64,000 nucleotides of DNA from Amoebidium appalachense (taxonomy: Eukaryota; Protista; Ichthyosporea), in assembly GCA_963693365.1 (NCBI GenBank), contig CAVNZM010000002.1:1810415-1874414 (forward strand), read 5' to 3'. A program made the translations under genes and the position numbers. Below, one piece after another: positions 13,036-40,285 of the stretch; within the stretch, counting starts at the first letter, position 1; each line of letters starts with the position of its first letter. The notes below the pieces were generated by a model. The model was not told the origin of the DNA and did not search any database. It saw only the letters and a list, made by a program, of their open reading frames with translations.

Positions 13036-14034
13036 CACGCACACACACACACACAGTTCGAACAGTGTGAATTGGCCTCTTGTGCAGACATGCCGTTCCT
13101 CATGCTTTCCACAATCTGCAGAGCAAAGAAAATGTGTTCCCATCAATTACTTATCCCCTCCCTCCCCCCCCCCCCCCCCCCCCGCCCCCCAACCTCCCCC
13201 CCAATGCATGCAGCATGGCTCCCTTCAGCTCAATCCCCCCTCCCCCCATCTCCACTCCCCCTTCCCCCCCCAAAAAAGGGAAAAAAAGAAAAGAAAAAAA
13301 GCCCAAGTGTGCTGCTTTTGCTCAACGGCGAAAGGACTGAGAGAAAGCCTCATAACATTTCTTTTAACAAAAACCATTTATGCGGTGTGCTACTAATGAG
13401 TACCCCCCCTCCCCCCCCCCCCCACCCCGGGGCCCCCGCGCCCTTACTCCTCCTGGCTGGATCATGGCCCACCCAAATACACATGCACATGCACATACAC
13501 ACCCACATGTACACACACCACCTCTCTGCAAGCCCACCCGCCCACCCACCCACCTACCTATTCTTCAACCACCCACCCGTCAACCCACCCACTCATCTAT
13601 ACAACACCCACCCACCCACCCACCCCCCCCCCCCCCCCACCACATACATCTTCACCGTTTTGCTCACCTTGCTTGCATAAGCAACCCTGCTCGTCTTTGA
13701 TCAAGACGGGTTGACCCACCCAAGTTCAGTTGATGCTGCTGTCTGAGTTGGAGCGTCGTATATACGCGGGCTAAGGGGTCGAAACTCAGACGCAATTGAT
13801 GACTTGGGCCCTCCCTGAGGATGGGCTCTGCTTATGGCGCATACTGTGCGCATGGCTGATGCTGCATACTTGAATGTTTGCCTTTGCATGTGTCCTGCAC
13901 CATGCTTCTCATCGTGTATGCGTACTTCGTACTGTGTTCCGCATTCAAAACCCCCCCCCCCACCCCCCGTCCAACCAACAAACAAACAAACAAACAAACA
14001 AATAAAAAAAAACAAAAAAAAATCCTATACCTAT

Positions 14035-14065
<31 letters not shown>

Positions 14066-14618
14066 ACAACACAGAAACAACTGAAAACAAACAAAAAGAA
14101 AACCCCTATGCCTATCCCTCCCCTCTCCCCCCCTTCCCACCCACCCACCTGATAACTGGGCAGGAACCTCATCATGACGTCACCATCACCTGTCGATGCA
14201 GCCCCGCCTACGTCACTATCTGCATAGCATCCGGCACCCGTGATTGGGCTATCCCCCACCCGGCCATCAATCTTGTAGCTGAGGCCATTGGTCGACGTGC
14301 CGCATGCCACCTTGCCATATTTGTCAACTGCGATCATTCCTGCATGGCAATCGGACAGTTATCAGCAGGTGTGATTTGTTAGCTGCAGTTTTTGGTGGAA
14401 GTGTTATTTTTTAAAATGTGAAATGGTGCATTATCGAGCTTTCAACTGAGGTAAACTCAAAACACATCATCTTTATTGAGGTTTCGTGCACCATTTTCCC
14501 TGTGTCACTCAAATCATAATCGTGTTGCAAACAGGGGAGGGAGAGAAGGTGAGTTTGAACGTGAGGATTAGGGTAACGTGGTGGTGGTGGTGGTGGTGGT
14601 TGGTTGGTTGGGGTGGGG
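12950..14618 (-). pseudogene. Partial genomic duplicate of AGA (exons 9 and 10 with flanking introns)
   Basis: High identity to about 17270-18810. Exon 9 copy 14339-14149 (V->I); exon 10 copy 13115-13077 (P->A) whose donor changed from gtcagt to gccaat. Carries a 312-bp insertion absent from the source. Confidence 0.9.
13639..13950 (+). mobile_element. Recent insertion of the homopolymer-associated element into a poly-C run
   Basis: The paralogous site at about 18105-18141 is a C-run without the insert; here 312 bp ending gcattcaaaa sits between two C-runs. Confidence 0.88.
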
Positions 14619-15252
14619 TACCCTGCTACCGATCAGCTTCCAATGTGACTTTTCGGCGAGCCCACCCTTTCTACATCATGAATGGGGATGGGGGCCCCCG
14701 GGGAGAGGGGGGGAGGGGGGGGGAGGGCCCCTGGGGGCGGAGGGGGGACTCCCCATGGGGGGATCCGGAGATCCGGAGGGGGCCGGGAGGGGAGGGGGGC
14801 CCGGGGGGGGATACCGGGTCCCGGGTGTGCCACGGTAAATCGTCGTAATACAGTACAAAGTACGTCCTTGAAATGACGGACATGTACATGCATGGCAACT
14901 GTATACTTACGGGAGGGTGGTATCATAGGTCCAGACTGGTGGTTGTGCATACCAATTGCATGGCGTTGAAATCTCTTTCCTTTATTTGTCGCATATAGAG
15001 AGCTGTATATGTGTCTAAATCTTTGTGCCTTTTGAGACTACTATTCAATATGATTAATCGGGGAATTGAGGGATTATCATTCCAAAGGGAGTGGGACGGG
15101 TGGGGGGATGGAGTGGACCAGGTTTGTGTGTGTGTGCGTGTGTGTGTGTGTGTGTCAGTGATCATGACACCGTCACTGTGTGTGTGTGTGTGTGTGTCAG
15201 TGATCATGACACCGTCACTGTGTATGTGTATGTACATGTGTGTGTGCAATGC

Positions 15253-15309
<57 letters not shown>

Positions 15310-15826
15310 TTGTGTTTGTGTTTGTGTCAGTGTGTATGTGTGTGTGTGTGTGTGTCTATGCATGTGTATGTGTATGCGCGCGCGCATGCGCGTGCGTGCG
15401 TGTGTGCAATGTCATGTGTGTGTGTGTATGTGTGTGTATACGTATGTGTGTGTGCGCGCGTACATGTAGTAATACTACGCATCATTCGTAATTTTACACA
15501 TCCCAAAACACGTCCACGTATTATGTAATATAGTTGGTTCCGCGGCTTGGCCAGTTTATGGCCCAGGGACTAGCAGCAAGGGTCTGTCTAGAAGAGATTA
15601 ATGGCCTATTGACGCTAGATCTCTACCTCTTGCCAGTCGAACATGTTTTTTTACCTTGCATTAGACTAGCGGCCATTTAGTTTAGTAAAAAGGTTACTAT
15701 GGCAACTACCGCTACATGTGTGGTCATGTCTATTGAGAGTAACCCTAACTCCACACTAGCTAGTGTCTGATTCAGGCACACGTGCTGGGGTGAGATTAGT
15801 GTCACCTCGCTTAAAATTTCTAGAAT

Positions 15827-26229
<10,403 letters not shown>

Positions 26230-27146
26230 GTTTGCTTGTTGTCATTCAAGCGTGTATAAGCCCTTCGAGGCTTCGACGTACAGTGTTGTTGTTTTTTGCT
26301 TTTTGGCCTCAGAGCTCCTGCTAACGATGCCACCAATTACAGCGCAGAGAAATTCCCGCCAAATTTTATATCAGCCAATCATGCAACAAGCTCTTTATGG
26401 CTAAGCAGACGACGTTTGTCCAAGTGTGTGCGCGTTTCATAAGTGCTATAGCTATAATAAGTAATAAATGTGTGGCTATTTACTTTGCACAGCTACAGCA
26501 TATGCCTTTCTAGAACAGAAGACTGAGCCACGTGATATTAGAGCCCTAAAAAGGAGTTACACTAATGGGGAGATAAGGAGGCCTGATGATGCGGTGGCGG
26601 CTCGCAAACTGATTGGCTGCGCCTTTCGAGCCAAATGGCGCTGTGTAAAGCATAAAGTCCTTTTCCAAAAATCGATAATTTGAGACTGCGTGAAAATTGG
26701 TGGGCGTCTTGAACTACTAAAATATAACTAGTAATCTATGTCTTCTTCATATTTTTAGGAATAAATAAATAATATTACAATATAATGCTTTGCTGGTTTT
26801 ATAGGACGCATATAATTTATAGAAATAATAAACCATGGTATATTCCCATTTGCGATACCAGGTCAATTTTCACATCGAAGCCGATTTATGTTTGTTACCC
26901 AAGCGCGCCGAACTTCAATCGCCGATCGCGCGATCGTTTAGTGACACCACCGCCGGTATAAAAAGAGCTGCTTTCGCATAAATCCCCCCCCGTCATATAT
27001 TCCTCTGATTGTCAGAGGCGTTCCAAAACCGTAACACTAACGACTCTCCGGTGTTGAAGAGTATTTTTTGCAGCAGGCCATTTCACTCTTAAGTTATTAT
27101 TTTATTATGTGATGCTTTATAAGAAGCAGTAAAAAGCTAACCGAGA
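26230..27146. promoter_or_regulatory. Head-to-head intergenic region and likely bidirectional promoter (AGA / MBD gene A)
   Basis: About 0.9 kb without microsatellites; agccaatca near 26373, tgattggct near 26610, tataaaaa near 26957 upstream of the + gene; CpG/CGC/GCG-rich patch at 26900-26960. Confidence 0.6.
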
Positions 27147-29103
27147 ATGGAAGCGTTCTCCTCACTGCCTTCCCAGCTGCCTGTTAGTGGGGTGGTCAAG
27201 GACATAGTAGTGAAAACCGAACCCATGGAAGTACCACATGCAGGTAGCGCAGAAGTGGGTATGCCCATGCAACTCTCTGATTCCGCCATCGCTGAAAACC
27301 AAGACGCAAAAATCAATGATGCAGAAACACAAAACAAACAACCAGGTACGGAAGCGTCTTTCTCGCCTTCTTCGCAGATGCCTTGTGACCTAGTTAACCC
27401 TAAGGACGGGGTGGTGGACCCAAAGGAAGGGGTGGTAAAAGAGGAGCCCATGGAAGTACCATGCGCAGACGCAGGCAGTGGTGTCCCCATGCAACTCTCA
27501 GACCCCGCCTCAGCTGAAATTCACGTTCCTGATGTTGCCGTTGCCTGCGAGGCAACCGGTGTCGAGGCGCAAAGTGTTCCTGTCCTTGACGTAACGAGGC
27601 CATATGACTTTCTCAACCAGCTTCCAAAGAAAGAGGTAAGGAGGTTTGCTAAGAGGTTAAGTGTGGTGTTGAGTTGGGTAAGTGTGAGGTTCGAGCACAC
27701 GATGTTAAATTGAGCACTCTCTTGGGTTGGGTAGGGCATCTCGTGCGGTTGATGTGGGTTTTTCATGGAATGAAGAGTGTTTATAAGGCAACAAGTCAGA
27801 CTGGTGTGTGTGTGGTTCTGTTGTGTGGCTCTGTAATAGCGGAAAGGTTGTACTTTCTGTTTGTGATTTCATAGTACCTTCTGCTGTCCAGCAACAGAGG
27901 AAAATGTTACTTCTTTTTCTGCCTGTAATCCAATTGCATGGTGTTTCTGACTTCTTCATGATGCACAGTCCCTTCTAGCGAATAAAGGCAGAAGAGATGG
28001 AAATACACCTTGCACCGTGTAGATCATAATATAGAATCCTCGAAGAGCTCCCAGCGCACACGTTATTGTTAGGAATTCGGATATTTCCTTTCGTCAAAAA
28101 TGTCTTAGTCACACATCCTGTCCGAGGCGAAGTCTCTTTTTGCTATGCTATTCTGCTGTTCCATACTGCACACTTACACAAAATCCCTCCATCTTTCGTT
28201 TGCTGTTTGCAGGGCCTTTACGAGGAACTCAGACTGCCTCCCGCACAAGAATATTCTACGCTTTTGGACGAACCGTTTTATGTTTGGACTGTCAAAGAAA
28301 CAACCACAGTCACCGTACAACCGGACGGAACGGCTGTTCTGACGGAGATAAGAGACGGGAAAACGATTGAGAGAACCCTGCAAAAACATGAAATCAGCGA
28401 GCAGCTTGGGATTGTTAGAAGTTTCGTGCGTAGGAGGGGGACGCCAAACCATGTGGATCGATACTGCAAGACACCCGGGAAGAGATTGAGGAGCCGTGTT
28501 GAGGCTCTGTCTCATCTATTCAACATTCAGTTTGTGGCGCTGTCAAAGGCGCTGGACTCCCTTACTGCGGCACAGGTTGAGCTGCTGTGTAAGTACTGTG
28601 TGCACTGTATGTTGGCAGCTGTCCAATGTGAATCTGATGGTGGGAGGATTTTTTTACCCTAACTTGGAGTGTGTTTGTTTACGAAAGAGGGAAGGATGAT
28701 GTGTTGAAATGAAGGGGAAGTGCAAGGGTTATTAAAACATGTTTTTGGTGGTGCTTGATTGTCCGACCATGCCGCAGACTGAATGTGCTTGTAGGGTATG
28801 CGTTTTTCGCACGTGAATGAGCCGTTGGGTGCACCTCTTTATAGTCCCACATTGCCCTTATACACACTCTCACACCACGTTCCCAATGTGCTTAGCGTTT
28901 GAAGTAACCCTGGTTTTCATGTCTTATTCTTGCGATTCCTGGCCATCTAGCTGTTACTAACATCACCCTACTCAGACATGCAACCCAACCACGTTGGGCT
29001 GTCTGTGGCGGGTCATCTGTTCAGCTGTGAGAGCTTTGTGCTCAAAACGGACGAAAGACGGTGGAGTGAACCTCTTACGAAGAAATCCGGTATGCCCCCC
29101 CCA

Positions 29104-29160
<57 letters not shown>

Positions 29161-29510
29161 CTCCTCCTTTCCCTTCCTTCCCTCCTGGCCTCGGTACGCT
29201 CCCACTCTCTCTCTCTCCCTTGGACAACACTGGTAGACCTGAGTATTTTTAAGGGCTGATGTGCCATGGGCTTTAAGCATGTGGTCGCTTAACTTAATAC
29301 GTAGTTAACATCTGGTACAAATGAGGTTCCTAACTTTAGTTGTGGCGCTATAGAGATGAGTTGTTTACGTCATGTTTTCTTTGTGTGTGCAGGCAGATAT
29401 GAATGAATACTCTCCTTATTGTCTGCATGGTGGAGATTATTTGACCCCAAGTGTGTTGTTTGTAGCCAGATTTTTCACCATGAGTTATCGGTTTTTTGTT
29501 AACATATATA

Positions 29511-29568
<58 letters not shown>

Positions 29569-31696
29569 AAAAAAAAAGAAAAAAACGAACGAACAAACAA
29601 ACAAAAAAAAAAAAACGAAAACAATATGTTAATAAGAAAACTTTGAAACTTCAATTAATGAAGATACATACTCACAATTCTTTCTCTGCATTCGAAGCGG
29701 TGTGTCCTTCTCGACTATGTTCTTAGCTCTCTATTGTTGTTTGTTTGGGAGGTTCTGAATACTCTATTGTTGTTTGTTGGGGGGGGTTAACAACAAAGTA
29801 GTCAACAAAGTATGTCGATGAAAACAAACCTCTTGCAAGATCAGTGCGTGTGTTCCTCCTTTTTCTTCCTCGTCTTCTTCTTTGTTCTTCGTTCTTCTTC
29901 TTCTTCCTGTTTTTTTTTCTTCGTTCTTCGTTCTTCTTCTTCTTCCTGTTTTTTTTTAGCAAGACGTTCTTCTTCTTCTTCCTGTTTTTTTTTTATCAAG
30001 AAAGCATCCAGGACGTTGTCCCGTGGTACTAATTTTTAAGGTACGGGTGTTTAAGACGTTCACATAAATGACACCGAACACTTCTATACTCTTCTCCACA
30101 GCAAATCAAGCTGCCACACAAGACTTGGGCACGGTTCAGCCAATAGCCGTCAGCGATCCAATGGATTTGGGCCAATGGGAACAGGGCGAGGTACTCGAGG
30201 AAGACTCGCTGGACGGCCTTCGCCCTACCCCAGCGTTTCCGTATCCAACCGGATCGGGTCAAGTTCCACACGACTCGAACCGTGTTTGGCGGCCCGTTCA
30301 ATTCAGCAATCCCAGCAGTGCAACGGGTAACGCACACTGTCCACCGTTCGTGACCAGTTACCAACCTGGGTTTCCTGCCCAGTCCGCAAATTTGAATATT
30401 GCGCCATTAGGGTTCACGGTGCCAAGCAATACGATACCTGCACGCCGCATGCCTGAGGGTTCCACCAGCCAGAATCCGATCGTTTTGGATGATACGACAC
30501 CTTTCCCCCAGCGTACACATCCCCAGCAACCTCCACAGGTAACGGTGGGACGTAACGGCATGTTTCCGTGGGCTAGTGCTGGTGTTCCCTTCAAACAGAC
30601 ACCCGCCACCACGTCGGTTCGTATGGCGCTTCGGCCCATCCAACCTGCATCCCCTACGAATACAAATGGGTTGATCGATCGGCGGCGCTCTATGTCTTCG
30701 CCACTTGTTCAGGCAGCGAAAGTGCAATCACAATCGTGGGGCTCAAATTTCCAATCGCAATCGAGCACACAGCCCATGATCGGCATCGCAAATCACCAGC
30801 CCATGTTTCAATGGCAGGGATCTCTCCCCCAGCCGGTGGCCCAATCATCCACAGCCAATGCCTTCCAAACCGCTCACAGTAATGCCTTTTCTGGCAATAT
30901 GCCGGCATTCCCCCAATCACAAACCACCCAGGCCACACCTTACGGATACCCCAGCACCCAGGGTGGATATCGGGCGGAATTTAACAACACTCAAGCATCG
31001 GTTTCCCGCCCTGCACTTCAAGCGGACATTGCAAACCTTGGGCGGGCTCCCGGTGTCGGTATGGGCCAGTCGCAGTCGGCATTTACACAGATGATGAATT
31101 CGCAAATACGCGGCAATGTCAACAGCAATACTTACGACACAAACAACAACACACGTAACATGAACAGCTACACAAACAACATGAACGGCAGTGCAAACAA
31201 CAACATCTATGGCAACGCAAACAACACGCGCAATGACCAGCAATGGCGGGCGCCCTCTGATTCTATCAGAGCACTACTCATGTATCCCTACGCCAACACC
31301 AACATCACCGCCGCCACCCAAAACCAACAATCTGCATTCCACAATCCTCGATCAACACACACCCTGTCGGGGAATAACACGGGCCCTACGAGGGTCATTC
31401 GTAGCATGTCGTCCGAAAATACACTTTCAGGCCAAGCCAACACGCAACGGGCCAACCGACCCGAACCGTACCCGAAGCGTCCCCCTAGCCCCCCGTGCAA
31501 CCTTGGAATCGCACACACCCCTACTATGGTTTCCGTGGAGAATGCCGGGGCTCAGAGTTCAGACGTTACGAAGTCCGATGAAGCGCTCGTTCGAGAATTA
31601 CTTTGTAATGCGGGCTTACCCATGTCGGCGCTGGCCGCGGGTGGGGCCAATCAGAGTAACCCGTGGAGTGCCATTGCGGTCAAGCCTGAGCTGTAG
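27147..31696 (+). CDS. Divergent methyl-CpG-binding domain protein A with long Q/N/P-rich disordered tail, 4 exons, about 857 aa
   Basis: Exons 27147-27635, 28213-28588, 28976-29089, 30102-31696; GT-AG, phases 0/1/1, total 2574 nt. Exon 2 has GIVRSFVRRRGTPNHVDRYCKTPGKRLRSRVEALSHL, which aligns by eye to the MBD core GW.R....R.G....D.Y...P.GK..RS..E...YL. Gene model is strong; MBD call is moderate. Confidence 0.75.
29860..29996. repeat. Tandem (TCT)n-cctg-(T)n repeat in intron 3 of MBD gene A
   Basis: cgttcttcttcttcttcctgttttttt repeated three times. Confidence 0.8.
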
Positions 31697-32568
31697 TTCT
31701 TTTCTTTTCTTGTTTTCTTTTATTGTTTATTTTGGGGTTTGTTGGGTAGGGTAGGAACTTCTAAGGTGATGTAGTTTGGTGGAGGGAATAGTCACCCCAA
31801 GCACACCCATCTCTCTGTGCCACCAATCGCCCAATAGCAGACATGCATACACATACACACAGGCACACACAAGAAAAGGCATACACACACGCGCGCAATA
31901 GACTAAGTCGTCTTGTTTGGTCTCGTTTTGTCTTTTGCTCAAGCTGTCAAGCCCGACAGCTCACTTCCTCCTTTTACCACTGATATAGCACATTCGATCA
32001 TGCCTTTTGATAGGCTTGTAAATAGTTAGACCGGTTTCCTTTCCCCCCCACGACTTTGTTTAACACTTGTTTCCAACAAAAAAGCGTGTTAGCTAGGGTG
32101 AAAATACTTCTGGATGATTAATTATCACGGGGATGTTTTCTTATACTCCCGTAGTCTTGTGAAAATATTGTCCGTCTTCGTTTTTCCGCCATTGTATGAC
32201 TTTTCTGCTTGCTTGTTGAATCAACTGGTTAGACGGGGTACTGCTCTACCCTCTTTGACCACCGCTGTGTGCGTTGAAGAGCGGAAAACAAAATGTACGT
32301 CCTAGCAAATCACAGCATCCAGGGTCTGATTTGCTTTTCAAGTTCCTTTTTACCCATTTAGGACAATTTGTATTGCAATATGAATGCCCACTGCCAGGCC
32401 GAGTTGGTGGATGCGGACTTAGTCTCGAACGACAATAAAAACACAAACGTATGTACAACATGGTGTGAAGTTCGACATTTAATTATAGATCGCAATGAAG
32501 GTCGTTGCCCCTCTCCCTCCCCCCCTCCTTCCCCCCCTTCCCCCTATTAAAAATTTTTGAATTTGAAA

Positions 32569-32604
<36 letters not shown>

Positions 32605-32669
32605 AGTTTATATCGACGTCCGCCCTGGTGGTATCCCCCTCCTGGGGGTGGGTGGCCCCTCCCCCCCTT

Positions 32670-32925
32670 TCCCAAGGTAGCCGCACGGGTGGGTGGGTAC
32701 CCCCCCGGTCCACCCCCCCCCCCACCCCCCTACTCACCGGCGTGGCTGGGGTGAATACCCTGGGCAAAGTGTGTGCAAATAGTTAGGATTGTTTAAAGGT
32801 GTGTTAGCTTAGCTATTAATACCGGAGCACCCTAGCTAGAGTACTGTCGGTGCTGGGTGGAAGACGGTAGTTCGCCCTGAAGGCCCAAGAGGTCCCTCCG
32901 GGAACAAATTTAAAACGGGATAAAA

Positions 32926-32965
<40 letters not shown>

Positions 32966-32991
32966 CCAAAGGTAGCCGCATGGGTGGGTGG

Positions 32992-33000
<9 letters not shown>
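32670..33000. repeat. Direct repeat motif in the intergenic region between the MBD genes
   Basis: ccaaggtagccgcacgggtgggtgggt at about 32672 and ccaaaggtagccgcatgggtgggtgggt at about 32966, each between C-runs. Confidence 0.6.
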
Positions 33001-33032
<32 letters not shown>

Positions 33033-33259
33033 TCTCCCAACCCACCTGGCCCCCCTTCTTTCCAACCGCGCATGTGCGTGATCATGGCCAGAGTCTCTTT
33101 TCCACCCAGCAAAGTTGTACTACATGTATTCGTTACTTTTTTTTTTTTTTTTTTTTTTTTTGAGGAATTGCTTCCGTTTTGGCCACTGATGCATATATCC
33201 CCCCCTCCCCCCCCCCTCCCCCCCCCTCCCCCCCCTCCCCCTCGTCCCCCTTCCCGTGT

Positions 33260-33323
<64 letters not shown>

Positions 33324-33468
33324 TTCCCACCCCTTCGTGCTGATGCTCTTCTCCTGCCGGATGCAATGCTCATGGTGAGTTGTTTGCAAGGAGATCTGCT
33401 TTGTGTTGTCCGCGGCAAATGTGTACTATATGCTCCATAACATTTTATATAGCTGACGACCCCCCCCC

Positions 33469-33502
<34 letters not shown>

Positions 33503-34468
33503 CGGTCCCTACTGCCTCATTCACCCCCCCCCCTCCCCCCCCCCCCCCCCCCCCCCCCCCCCCGCGGTCCCTACTGCCTCATTCACCCCCCCCCCCCCCA
33601 CCACCACCACCACCCTTCCCTCCCCCTCAGATCATTTTCTAACGACCCCTTCCCCCTCCCCTCCTCCCCCCGCCCCCCGGCCCATCCCGCCTCCACAGCA
33701 CTCACCTCCCTCCCCCCCTCCCCTCCCCCCACCCTCCGTCGCCCTGCTCATTTACACAAGTAAAATGCACGTGCACATGCGCCCGCAAGCGCGCACACAC
33801 ACACACACACAAACACACACACAAACACACACACACACACACACACATGCGACGGTCAATTATTTCTAACAAGCTTATGAATTATTGGGGGCAAGCTTAT
33901 TATGCTAGCCATGCAGTGTTCGTGTGCCTCATGATCTGTATCAGTGTGGCGGGGAATGTTTGTTTATGTACGTAGTTTGGGTGAGTGTACATGATTGTTC
34001 ATGTCGGGTGCTCATCGCTGGTCAAAGTTTGTGCGCCTGGTGTGCGTGTGGTACATACGGGTGCAACTACTTGTGAGTTAGATACGTGTGAAAGTCATGT
34101 GCGTGTGTGTGCCCACGGTGGGGCGACTCGCAACGAGTGCGAAGAGGAGGGGGGGCGGGGAGGGGGGGGCCCTCCCCCTCCCCCAACACATACACAAACA
34201 CATGTACACACACACACATGCATGCGCATGCACATGTGCACAGTCCCTAGTACACACACACACGTACACGCACGCACGCACACACACACAGACACACATG
34301 CACAACTAAACACGGACACACACTCGAGCTCTCACAAGCACTCACACATAATGATTGTGTAAACACACAAACGTACACACTGACAAGCTCACACGTGCGC
34401 ACATACTCGCACATACATGCCAGCGCAACGTTTTGGTGCGTGCTCCCGGACGGGCGACACAGGGGTGT

Positions 34469-34525
<57 letters not shown>

Positions 34526-35177
34526 AAGGGGGGGGGGAGGGGGGGGATGGAGGGAGGGCTCGGTATAAAGGGCAGTGTGGTTGCCTATGATAGTACTCTA
34601 ATGTAAGGTTTATTCCAAAAATGTCAAAGTTGTACTTGCAACATGTACTTTATTTCAAGACACTAAGAGAAAAGATCCATATCATTCAGATTAGAATTGA
34701 TTGCACACGGGTGCATTCCTGAAGTACGCTTCAAGAAACACAACAAATGGCTCCACACATAAAATTCGCAAAGTACAAACCTGGCTTTGTAAAACCTGTG
34801 CCTAGGCCCACCTATTCGTGTGTGGGACAACATACATATTTCATCTACATATAGGCTCAACCAGAATGTTTCGTCTGTTTAAAGGCCCAGATATTTACCG
34901 TTAGACCAAACGTGCCAATATTGTGGGGTGCCAATGCCATGCCATAGAGATTTACTATCAAACATGTGCCCTTATCCCACCACCAACTGCCATATTCCAA
35001 TATCACTACAGATAGAAGTGGCGCGAAAACATGAGCAAAGAAGAAAAAGAGAACGCACAACCGAAAAAAAGACTGCCAATGTTGAGAGTCACTATAGAAA
35101 CACCACATGCCACCCTCTCGCACAATCAAAAACACCATCCACCTACGAGCCACACACCGTATTCCCATCAAATGATT

Positions 35178-35254
<77 letters not shown>

Positions 35255-35301
35255 GTATTCCCCATCATATCATTTGCCCCCCCCCCCCCCCAAAAAAAAA
35301 A

Positions 35302-35381
<80 letters not shown>

Positions 35382-35394
35382 CACCCACCCACTT

Positions 35395-40285
<4,891 letters not shown>

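Noticed and set aside
13796-13820. TGATGA...CTGA as a C/D box snoRNA
   Set aside because: Only 12 nt between the boxes, no guide region, and it lies inside a dispersed repeat.
14901-14912. atacttac resembling the U1 snRNA 5' end
   Set aside because: No U1 stem-loops or Sm site follow; it is a donor-like gtaagtat on the - strand.
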